From positions 1-44,131 of IMG/VR virus record IMGVR_UViG_3300029818_000004: a stretch of 44,131 nt of DNA. One strand, given 5' to 3'. This document shows, piece after piece, positions 32,085-40,190 of the stretch; position 1 is the stretch's first letter; the number at the start of each line of letters is the position of its first letter. The DNA comes from a virus. A program made the position numbers and the translations under genes. The notes under the pieces are model-generated. The model was not told the DNA's origin. It worked only from the letters and a program-made list of their open reading frames with translations, and searched no databases.

Positions 32085-32898
32085 CGAAGACGAACGTTAC
32101 GAATTGAACGCATATTTGGACATTGCAAATATGTGGTCAATGCGGGCGAACTACTTGGCCAGCTTGGTTGAACAAGCATTTGAACTTGGTAGCATGAAAG
32201 GATTTGACCCAATGCCAGCTTTTAACTTTTCCACACAGGGCTTGACGCCGAAGTTCGGCGGCGGCGGCGGTTTGCCGATTGGCAAGCATCCCGTCGTTAT
32301 CTTCAACACGAAGATGGAAGCGACTTCGTCGGGAACGGGCGGCAAGCTTGTTCTTGAACTTGAAGTTATCGACGGTCCCATGAAGGGCGCGAAGGGCGTC
32401 GAAAACTTGACCCTTCAGCACGCAAACCCGGTTGTCGTTCGCATTTCCAGCGAACAGCTTACCGCGATTTGCCATGTCGTCGGACTGCCGAACGGTTTCC
32501 AGCAAACCGAAGAACTTCACGGCAAGCCCTTCGTCGTTGAAGTCGCACCGCAAAAGGACAAGCCGGAATATACGGAAGTCATCGCCGTGTTCGACATGCA
32601 AGGCAATGAACCCGGCAAGCAAACCGGCGGCGGACAGGGCGGCGGCAACGCTGGCAACTTCGGCGGCAACAACAACGCACAGGGCGGCGGCAACTTCGGC
32701 GGGAACAACGCCGGGGGCAACGCACAGGGCGGCGGACAGGCACAGGGCGGCGGTTGGGGCGGCAATGCGGGCGGGAACGCTGGCGGCGGCGCACAGGGCG
32801 GCGACAATGGCCAGAACGGCGGACAGGGCGGCGGTTGGCAACAGGGCGGCGGTGCTGCCAACGCCGGGGGCGGCGGGGGCGGTTGGGGCGCAAGGTAA
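32077..32898 (+). CDS. DUF669-like ssDNA-binding protein with a Gly/Asn/Gln/Trp-rich C-terminal tail
   Basis: The core LPIGKHPVVIFNTKMEATSSGTGGKLVLELEVIDGPMKG resembles the DUF669 pattern. The likely true start is ATG 32212 (MPAFNFSTQG) behind AAAGGA. The tail spans 32626..32895. Confidence 0.55.
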   Translation: MISEDERYELNAYLDIANMWSMRANYLASLVEQAFELGSMKGFDPMPAFNFSTQGLTPKFGGGGGLPIGKHPVVIFNTKMEATSSGTGGKLVLELEVIDGPMKGAKGVENLTLQHANPVVVRISSEQLTAICHVVGLPNGFQQTEELHGKPFVVEVAPQKDKPEYTEVIAVFDMQGNEPGKQTGGGQGGGNAGNFGGNNNAQGGGNFGGNNAGGNAQGGGQAQGGGWGGNAGGNAGGGAQGGDNGQNGGQGGGWQQGGGAANAGGGGGGWGAR

Positions 32899-32922
32899 AC
32901 CCGACCGACTTCGACGCGACCG

Positions 32923-32958
32923 ACGGGGCGGGCCTAACACGTCCGCCCCGTTCCTTTT
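32923..32958 (+). terminator. Intrinsic terminator after the SSB-like gene
   Basis: ACGGGGCGG-gcctaacacgt-CCGCCCCGT followed by TCCTTTTG. The only clear plus-strand terminator in the replication module. Confidence 0.65.
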
Positions 32959-32969
32959 GAAAGTGAACC

Positions 32970-33824
32970 ATGCTTGAAGACCCCAAATTTCGGAACGACC
33001 TTCTAGCGCAATTGAACGCCGACTTAGACCGCGTTTCGATTGAACTAGCCGACAACGACTTTCGTAATCACTTGGGCGCTTCAGTCATTGGCAAGCCCTG
33101 CCGTCGTCTTGCTTGGTTGTCGTTCCGTTGGGCGTTTCAAGAACAGTTCGAAGGCCGTATGTTGCGGTTGTTCGAACGCGGCCATTTGGAAGAACCGCGC
33201 TTCATTCGCTATCTTGGCGCAATGGGTTTCGACGTTCGGGAAGTTGACCCGACGACCGGCAAACAATACCGCATTTCGGCGCACCATGAACACTTCGGCG
33301 GTTCCGCCGACGCCATGATGTTAGCGCCGTCGCACTACGGATTGACCGCCCCTATCTTGGGCGAATTTAAGACGCACAACGACAACCAATTTAAGCAATT
33401 GGTATCGAAGGGCGTTCACACTTCACACCCTGCCCATGTGTCGCAAGTCGCTTGTTATGGCGACGGTTTGGGCGTCGATTGGACGCTTTACATGGGCGTC
33501 AACAAGAACACCGACGCCGTTCATTTCGATTGGATTAAGACCGACCGTCACCTTTCGACCATGATGTTGTCGAAGGCTGGCGAAGTCATATTCAGCCAAG
33601 AACCGTTGCCGAAGATTTCCGACCATCCTTCGTTCGCCGAATGTAAGAAGTGCGCCGCGCTTGGTATCTGTCACATGAAGCGCCCGCCTTTGGTCAATTG
33701 TCGGACGTGCCGTCACGCCTTCCCGGCGGAACAAGGCAAATGGTATTGCGAAACACATAACGGCATAATCCCCGACGAAGTCATATTGAAGACTTGCGGC
33801 AACGGTTACGAAAGGATTGTTTGA
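32970..33824 (+). CDS. PD-(D/E)XK exonuclease with Cas4/AddB-type Fe-S cysteines
   Basis: GGSADAMML...LGEFKTHN supplies the D...E.K core. The N-terminal Cys (GKPCRRLAW) plus C-terminal C-x2-C-x5-C (ECKKCAALGIC) is the Cas4-like 4Fe-4S arrangement. Confidence 0.7.
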   Translation: MLEDPKFRNDLLAQLNADLDRVSIELADNDFRNHLGASVIGKPCRRLAWLSFRWAFQEQFEGRMLRLFERGHLEEPRFIRYLGAMGFDVREVDPTTGKQYRISAHHEHFGGSADAMMLAPSHYGLTAPILGEFKTHNDNQFKQLVSKGVHTSHPAHVSQVACYGDGLGVDWTLYMGVNKNTDAVHFDWIKTDRHLSTMMLSKAGEVIFSQEPLPKISDHPSFAECKKCAALGICHMKRPPLVNCRTCRHAFPAEQGKWYCETHNGIIPDEVILKTCGNGYERIV

Positions 33825-33826
33825 CC

Positions 33827-35614
33827 GTGTCGGCTATCGTTCAAGGTTCGAAGTTTGACCCGCGTTGGTATCAAACCGAAGCGGTGAACGCGACGTTCGA
33901 TTACTTCGACAATGTGGGCGGTTGGGATTACGAAATTAACGCGCCGCGCCGGGCGAACCCGCTTATCTGTCTGCCCACAGGGACCGGCAAAAGCTTGGTC
34001 ATCGCAATGATTGTATATCGGGCGCTTATGGCGTTTCCCCAAACCCGTATCATCATGGGAACGCACGTCAAAGAATTGATTGGGCAGAACGCCGCGAAGC
34101 TGAAGCAAGTTTGGCCGGAAGTCCCGCTTGGTATCAACAGCGCCGGGTTGAAGTCCCGCGAATTTGCCGCGCCGGTCATATACGGCGGTATCAAATCCAT
34201 GGTCGGACAGTTGGACGACTTCGGCCATACGTCGTTCGGTCATCGCGACCTTATGTTGATTGACGAAGCGCACTTGGTTTCGCCGTCTGCCGATACGTCT
34301 TACGTCACGTTCATTCTTGAACTTATGGCGAAGAACCCATGGCTGAAGGTCATTGGACTTTCGGCGACGCCCTATCGTATGGGCTTAGGGCATTTGACGA
34401 ACGGAAAGATATTCACCGACGTTGCATACAACCTTTGCGACATGGAAGGCTTCGCCCGGTTGCTGTCCGACGGGTTCTTGTCGCCGATATATCCCCGGCC
34501 AACCGGGGTTAAGTTGGACGTGTCGGGCGTCGGCATATCGAACGGCGAATACAACATGAAGGCGCTTCAAGCCGCTGTTGACGACCGCGACGTTAGTTAC
34601 GCCGCACTTGGCGAAATGGTCAAGTATGGTTGGTCGCGTCAGGCTTGGATGATTTTTGCCGCTGGCGTTGAACACGCCGAACACTTGGCCGAAATCCTTC
34701 GCGTCTGCTATGGCGTGACGGCGGCGGCTGTTCATAGCAAGAACAGCGACAAGGTAAACGACGAAATAATTCGCGAATTTAAGCGCGGAAACCTTCGTTG
34801 CATTGTGAACGCCAACAAGCTTACGACCGGCTTCGATTTCCCGCCAATCGACCTAATCGGCATGTTCCGGCCTTCAACTTCAACCGGGCTTTGGGTTCAA
34901 ATGTTGGGCAGGGGAACCCGGCCATGGGGCGGCGGATATATCACCGTTGACGAAGCGACCGGCGAACAAGCGTATTGGCCGGGCGCAAAGAACGGTTGTA
35001 TGGTCTTGGACTTCGCGGGCAACACGCCGCGCCTTGGACCTATCAACGACCCCGTCATTCCCAAGCCGAAGTCGGAAGGACCGCCGGGCGACGCGCCCAT
35101 TCGGACTTGCCCCGAAGACCGCGAAGACGTTCACGGCAAAATCGGTTGTGGATTTTACAACCATTCATCGGCCAAATGGTGCGTCATGTGCGGCTTTGAA
35201 TTTCCGCCGGGCGACGGTCCCGACATATCGGCAGTCGCCGGAACGGACGAACTTATTCGGTCGTCGTCGGACTTGCCCGAAATGAAATACTTCAACGTTG
35301 ACCGCGTGATATACGTCAAGCATGTGGGCAGGAAGTCGGGCCGGTCAACAATTCGTTGCGCTTATTATTGCGAAGGCATCAACTGTTTTTATGAATATAT
35401 CACCGTTGAACCGAAGATTGAAGAAGACGGCACGACCAAAACCGATTTCGCCACAAAGAAAGGCCGCGATTGGTTCCGCCAACGCACAGGACAAGAACCG
35501 CCCGAAACCAACGACGAAGTGATTGCAAACAGTCATTACCTTCGGACGCCAACCCGTATCGTCGTTCATATCAACAAGAAACCATCGCCGGATATAAAAA
35601 GCTATGAATTTTGA
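33827..35614 (+). CDS. SF2 DEAD/DEAH-box DNA helicase with a C-terminal zinc-finger region
   Basis: Motif I LPTGTGKS, motif II LIDEAH, motif III LSATP and motif VI QMLGRGTR. The Cys cluster is CPEDREDVHGKIGCG...CVMCG. The track ORF starts at TTG 33794; a GTG at 33827 just after the upstream stop is more likely. Confidence 0.8.
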   Translation: MSAIVQGSKFDPRWYQTEAVNATFDYFDNVGGWDYEINAPRRANPLICLPTGTGKSLVIAMIVYRALMAFPQTRIIMGTHVKELIGQNAAKLKQVWPEVPLGINSAGLKSREFAAPVIYGGIKSMVGQLDDFGHTSFGHRDLMLIDEAHLVSPSADTSYVTFILELMAKNPWLKVIGLSATPYRMGLGHLTNGKIFTDVAYNLCDMEGFARLLSDGFLSPIYPRPTGVKLDVSGVGISNGEYNMKALQAAVDDRDVSYAALGEMVKYGWSRQAWMIFAAGVEHAEHLAEILRVCYGVTAAAVHSKNSDKVNDEIIREFKRGNLRCIVNANKLTTGFDFPPIDLIGMFRPSTSTGLWVQMLGRGTRPWGGGYITVDEATGEQAYWPGAKNGCMVLDFAGNTPRLGPINDPVIPKPKSEGPPGDAPIRTCPEDREDVHGKIGCGFYNHSSAKWCVMCGFEFPPGDGPDISAVAGTDELIRSSSDLPEMKYFNVDRVIYVKHVGRKSGRSTIRCAYYCEGINCFYEYITVEPKIEEDGTTKTDFATKKGRDWFRQRTGQEPPETNDEVIANSHYLRTPTRIVVHINKKPSPDIKSYEF

Positions 35615-35840
35615 AAAGCCATTGACCCGCGACGGCCTTTACAAAGGCGTGTCTGATTATCTAACCGAAGCCGTTCGCAAGGCGCTTGACGACGCGACAA
35701 GAACGTGTTTGAACTGCGAACACTTCGTTGAAGGACCGCCCGACCGTAGCGGCGAACATTGCGGTCTAAATGGATTGACGCCGCCGCCGTCGATTGCCGC
35801 GCGGGGTTGCGACAATCACATGGACAAGATACCGTTTTGA
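35604..35840 (+). CDS. Small Cys-rich protein (78 aa)
   Basis: CLNCEHF...HCG...GCDNH pattern. Overlaps the helicase stop by 11 nt. Confidence 0.6.
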   Translation: MNFEKPLTRDGLYKGVSDYLTEAVRKALDDATRTCLNCEHFVEGPPDRSGEHCGLNGLTPPPSIAARGCDNHMDKIPF

Positions 35841-35855
35841 CGAAGGACGAAGCAC

Positions 35856-36887
35856 ATGGCAGGACGTAAAAAGGCCGTATCGAAGACCGCCGAAAAGCTG
35901 GCGAAGGCGCTTACCTTCGTCGGACACGGCGTCGAAGAAGGCGGCGAAGTTTGGAAGGCGCACGGTCGGATTATCAACGGCTATCTTGTCACCTTCAACG
36001 GGACGTTGGCCGTTGGCCATCCTATCGAAGAAGAATTGACGACTTGCCCACATATCCCGAATTGGATTGCCGCCATAAACAAGGCCGGGAAGACCCTTGC
36101 CATGACACAGAACGACAAGGGCAACTTGTCGGTCAAGGGCGACAACATTCGGGCAATCGTGCCGTGCCTTAGCCCGTCGGACATGCCGCCGCTAATGCCC
36201 GACGTAAACATTGCCGTCGTCAACGACGCGCTGAAGGAAGGCTTCAAGGCGCTGTTGCCGCTTTGCAGCGACGACGGCGACCGGGTTCACGAAATCAGCA
36301 TCATGGTTCGGGCGAATACCATGGTCGCAACGAACGGAACGGTCATCTTCGAATATTGGCACGGCATTGACTTGCCCCAAATCGCTGTAATGAAGGCCAG
36401 CGCGAAGGCCGTTGCCAGCGTCGCCGAAAAGCTTGAAGGCTTCGGCTTTTCCGGTCGCACGGCAACGTTTTGGTTCGAAGGCGGGGCGTTCATGCAATGC
36501 GCGTTAGCCGCTGGCGAATGGCCAGCCGTTGACAAGGTGTTGAACACGCCGGGCGAACCCGACGAACTGCCCGCCGGGTTCTTCGACGGCATTGAAGCCG
36601 TAGCAAGCTTCAGTAAGGACGGGGCAATTCATTTCGATACCGACAAGGTTCGGTCGGGCTTTGCCAACTACGGCGACGACGGGCCGGTGTATGGGGCAAC
36701 CTATGACGTGCCGGGCATGTTGAAGGGTCACACCTTCAGCGCCCGCTTGTTGAAGCTGATTAAGCCTGTATGCGCCAAAATCGACTATTGGACGAACGAC
36801 GACCGGGCGACCTTCTTCGGCCCGGTTGCCAACGGCGAAACCGCCGCTAAAATTCGCGGCGTAATAATGAAAATGAAATCGAACTAA
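35856..36887 (+). CDS. DNA polymerase III beta-subunit-like sliding clamp (DnaN-like)
   Basis: Colinear with E. coli DnaN landmarks. LSVKGDNIRAIVPCLSPSDMPPL matches LVRSGRSRFSLSTLPAADFPNL. TMVATNGTVIFEY matches TVATDGHRLAV. AAGEWPAVDKVLNTPGE matches VDGRFPDYRRVLPKNPD. The C-terminus IRGVIMKMKS matches YVVMPMRL. 343 aa. Confidence 0.65.
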   Translation: MAGRKKAVSKTAEKLAKALTFVGHGVEEGGEVWKAHGRIINGYLVTFNGTLAVGHPIEEELTTCPHIPNWIAAINKAGKTLAMTQNDKGNLSVKGDNIRAIVPCLSPSDMPPLMPDVNIAVVNDALKEGFKALLPLCSDDGDRVHEISIMVRANTMVATNGTVIFEYWHGIDLPQIAVMKASAKAVASVAEKLEGFGFSGRTATFWFEGGAFMQCALAAGEWPAVDKVLNTPGEPDELPAGFFDGIEAVASFSKDGAIHFDTDKVRSGFANYGDDGPVYGATYDVPGMLKGHTFSARLLKLIKPVCAKIDYWTNDDRATFFGPVANGETAAKIRGVIMKMKSN

Positions 36888-36889
36888 CA

Positions 36890-38911
36890 GTGTTCTTTGA
36901 CGACAAACCAACACCCTTCAGGGAAAAGCGCCAACGGTTCAAGGGGTCGTTGAAAACGCTTTCGTATAAGCCGAAGGTTCGCGTCTTCAGCCAAGACCCG
37001 TTCAATGAATTTGGGCCGGGCGATACCGTCGTATTTGATACCGAACATTATCGCAACTATGCGTTGTATATGTTCAAGCACTTGAAGTCGGGCAAATACT
37101 TCTTCCTTGAAAAGCGCGGCGCTGGCAACTTCGAACATGGCAACGACCTTTCGCGCGCCATGTGGTTCTTTCGCGTCGTGACGTTCAACGGGCAAAAGTA
37201 TGACTTGCCTATGGTATCGCTTGCCATTCAAAACGCCGACACAGACAACTTGAAAGCCCTATCGGACGAAATCATTAAAGACGGGAAGATATTTCACAAC
37301 GCGAACCCCGGTTACAATCATATTGACCTTTGGGACGTTGCGCCGCTGCCCGAAACGTCGCTGAAGACATACGGCGCGCGGTTGCATACGAAACGACTTC
37401 AAGAGCTGCCCATTCACGAAGCGGCGATGTTGTCCGAAGAAGACATGGACGCAATTCTTGATTACTGTTGCAACGATTGCGACGTGACCGAAGAACTATG
37501 GGACGCAATGGCGGGCGCGATGGAACTTCGCGAAGCCTTGACGGCTGAATACAAAACCGACCTTCGGTCCAAGTCGGACGCACAGATTGCCGAAGCGGTC
37601 ATTGGTTCCGAACTGAAGAAGCTTACCGGCTATTGGCCGAAGCGCCCCGAATTTGACCCTGATTTTACCTTTCAATATACCGCCCCCGACTTCGTCCGCT
37701 TCACGACGCCAGCGTTCCAACGCGCGCTTGAAACGGTCCTGTCCGCCGACTTCAAGTTGGACAAGGGCGGGTCGCCGCAAATGCCTGAAGCGGTCGCCGG
37801 TCTTCGGACACGTTGCGGCGGGTCGGTCTATAAAATGGGCATGGGCGGACTTCATTCGTCCGAAAAGTCAACGACGCACCGCGCCGACGACGAATACGCG
37901 CTAATTGACCGGGACGTTGCGTCGTTTTATCCCCGGTTGATATTGAACAATTCATGGTTCCCCGAACACTTGGGAACCAAGTTCTTGACCATCTTCGACA
38001 CGATTGTTGAACGTCGCTTGGACGCCAAGGCGAAGTCGAAGGAATGTAAGAAAGCTGGCGACCCCGACGGCGCGCGTATGTGGGCAATCGTAAGCGACGG
38101 GTTGAAAATCACTATCAACGGAACCTTCGGCAAGCTTGGTTCGATGTATTCAACGATATATTCGCCGCGCTTGCTGTTGCAAGTCACGATTACCGGCCAA
38201 CTTTGCCTAATGATGTTGATTGAAGCAATCGAAGCAATTGGCATTTCGGTTGTAAGCGCGAACACCGACGGCATTGTGATAAAATGCCCCCGTCATCGCG
38301 AAGCTGAATTGAACGCGGTTGTCGCCGAATGGGAACGCACGACAAGCCTTGAAACTGAAGAAACCCGTTACAAAATGACGTGTTCGCGCGACGTGAATAG
38401 TTATATCGCGGTCAAAGAAGAACCGGGCGACCCGACAAGCCCATACTTTGACGAACGCATGGGCGTTAAGTCGAAAGGCGCGGGCGTGTATTGCGAACGC
38501 GGTTCGGCGCTGAATAGCCCGCTTTCAAAGAACCCCGAATATCTGATATTGAACGACGCGCTTGTTGCCTTGGTCGCGACCGGGCAGCGTATCGAAGACA
38601 CGATTAACGCTTGCAACGACATACGCCGGTTCGTCGCCGTCAAAAACGTTCGCGGCGGCGGTCATCAAGACGGGCAGTATCTAGGCAAGGTCGTTCGTTG
38701 GTATTTTGCCCAAGGTTCATTTTCCGAAATCAACTATACGGGCAGCGGAAACAAGGTCGGCGGAACGGACGGCGCGAAGCCGCTTATGGAACTGCCCGAC
38801 GAAATGCCCGACGATTTGAACCGTCAATGGTATATTGAAAAGGCATACGAAACGTTGGACAAGGTCGGTTTCTTCGGCGGCAAGTCCGAACAAACCGCCT
38901 TGTTCGACTAA
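36890..38911 (+). CDS. DNA polymerase with 3'-5' exonuclease domain (B-family-type motifs)
   Basis: Exo I VVFDTEH, Exo II FNGQKYDLP and Exo III YCCNDCD. Polymerase motifs DVASFYPRLIL (DxxSxYP), KITINGTFGKLG (KxxxNxxxG) and SANTDGIVI (DTD-like). GTG start 2 nt after the clamp gene stop. Confidence 0.75.
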   Translation: MFFDDKPTPFREKRQRFKGSLKTLSYKPKVRVFSQDPFNEFGPGDTVVFDTEHYRNYALYMFKHLKSGKYFFLEKRGAGNFEHGNDLSRAMWFFRVVTFNGQKYDLPMVSLAIQNADTDNLKALSDEIIKDGKIFHNANPGYNHIDLWDVAPLPETSLKTYGARLHTKRLQELPIHEAAMLSEEDMDAILDYCCNDCDVTEELWDAMAGAMELREALTAEYKTDLRSKSDAQIAEAVIGSELKKLTGYWPKRPEFDPDFTFQYTAPDFVRFTTPAFQRALETVLSADFKLDKGGSPQMPEAVAGLRTRCGGSVYKMGMGGLHSSEKSTTHRADDEYALIDRDVASFYPRLILNNSWFPEHLGTKFLTIFDTIVERRLDAKAKSKECKKAGDPDGARMWAIVSDGLKITINGTFGKLGSMYSTIYSPRLLLQVTITGQLCLMMLIEAIEAIGISVVSANTDGIVIKCPRHREAELNAVVAEWERTTSLETEETRYKMTCSRDVNSYIAVKEEPGDPTSPYFDERMGVKSKGAGVYCERGSALNSPLSKNPEYLILNDALVALVATGQRIEDTINACNDIRRFVAVKNVRGGGHQDGQYLGKVVRWYFAQGSFSEINYTGSGNKVGGTDGAKPLMELPDEMPDDLNRQWYIEKAYETLDKVGFFGGKSEQTALFD

Positions 38912-39702
38912 TAGACTTCGTATATTCCGTTCAATGCGTCGCAAACGGCTTCCATGTTTGCTTGGTTCATTGCAACGCTGCCGCCCCAAGCTAGAAATTC
39001 ATAAAACTTGCCGTCGAAATATTGGCTTCCCGCCGAACTGCCCATGCAACGCAAAAATTGCATTGCTGCGATTGCGCTTGAATTGCCGTTGGTCGATTGA
39101 CTTTGACTGTAATAGTTGCCGTTGATGACGCACCTAAACGAAGTTTCCGAACCAACAACAAAAACGCAAATCATAGGTTGGGCGATAACGCCAAGCGTAA
39201 TGTTGCTTTTGAAGAAACGAAGATTGCTTGAAGCCGCCGCCGTGCGAAGATAAGTCCCGAACTTACCGCCGTTGGTTAAGTTTGACCCTGTGATTGGGTT
39301 TAGACGTTCGGTCGCCAAATCGTAATCATCAATGACGAAAGCGAACGTGCGCCAAGCTGAAAGCGACGTAATTCCGCTTCTTTGCGTTATCGCAAGGTCG
39401 TTGAAAAACCTAGCGTCGCCAAGCGGACATTCAAGATAAGGCATACCGTTTAACCCGCCGAAGCGTTTTATTGGCCGGTTGCCGCTTGTGTCTTGAACTG
39501 CCGGGTCGGACGTTGCCGAACCAAGGTTGCCCCATACGCGAACACCGTCGCCGCTTGTTGCGGGCGTTCCCACATCATCGCGAAAGGTTTCAAGGTCGGC
39601 GCGGAACCAATGCGTAATGCTTGCTTCGCTTGGCAGCGTTGGCAGGGGCGGCGGTTCGAAGCCCGCGCCGGAACCGATTTGCGCCGTAATGCCCGGTATC
39701 AT
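38908..39702 (-). CDS. Distal tail / receptor-binding candidate with a LamG (concanavalin A-like) jelly-roll pattern
   Basis: Last gene of the late operon. VWGNLGSATSDPAVQDTSGNRPIKRFGGLNGMPYLECPLGDARF resembles W.D.SG.gn.a.q....P...nG...l.FdG of LamG-type fibre domains. The 3' two-thirds has visibly lower G+C. Confidence 0.5.
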   Translation of the reverse strand: MIPGITAQIGSGAGFEPPPLPTLPSEASITHWFRADLETFRDDVGTPATSGDGVRVWGNLGSATSDPAVQDTSGNRPIKRFGGLNGMPYLECPLGDARFFNDLAITQRSGITSLSAWRTFAFVIDDYDLATERLNPITGSNLTNGGKFGTYLRTAAASSNLRFFKSNITLGVIAQPMICVFVVGSETSFRCVINGNYYSQSQSTNGNSSAIAAMQFLRCMGSSAGSQYFDGKFYEFLAWGGSVAMNQANMEAVCDALNGIYEVY

Positions 39703-40190
39703 GCCGCCACCGTTTGACCTAGAAGGTCGAACACGTCTTCAGCCGCGCGCTTCAACGTAACGGTTCCGCCTTGTGGAACGACAAGCGTTCCGCCGTTGGG
39801 CGGATTGATAACAACGCCGGTTCCTTCAACGAAGGTCGCATTGTCCGCGCCAACATTGCGAAAATGCCATTCGCCGTTCGCTGGCAAAGCGGTTGTCGCT
39901 TCGTCTTCAACGGTAACGTTTTTCGCCGACGCGCTGATTAGGCGAATATATTTCGTAACGTCCGCCGGGGCAATCGTATAATCCGCCGCTTCGATTTGAA
40001 CGACCGAACCCGCCGTTGCGACTGAAGGAAGAAACGAAAGAACGAAGTCTTTGACTTGTTCCAACGTAATCTTCAGCAACCCGCTTGCGGCGGCTTTGCG
40101 TATGGGCAAAAGGTCGCCGGTTTCCGGCGTCGCTATGGCGTCCGCTGTTGATAGTTCACTAGGCATCGAACCCAATCCTTTCGCCGTCAA
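39699..40190 (-). CDS. Tail fibre-associated protein (155-163 aa)
   Basis: Track ORF (TTG start) overlapping the end of the gpJ-like gene. ATG 40166 (MPSELST) is an alternative start. Beta-rich composition. Confidence 0.5.
   Translation of the reverse strand: MTAKGLGSMPSELSTADAIATPETGDLLPIRKAAASGLLKITLEQVKDFVLSFLPSVATAGSVVQIEAADYTIAPADVTKYIRLISASAKNVTVEDEATTALPANGEWHFRNVGADNATFVEGTGVVINPPNGGTLVVPQGGTVTLKRAAEDVFDLLGQTVAA

Noticed and set aside
32137-33055. Long ORFs antisense to, or out of frame with, the Gly-rich SSB tail (32137..32940, 32432..32977, 32517..32861, 32579..33055)
   Set aside because: They are by-products of the GGC/GGN repeat, which is open in several frames. The translations are Ala/Pro/Arg homopolymer-like and have no start context.
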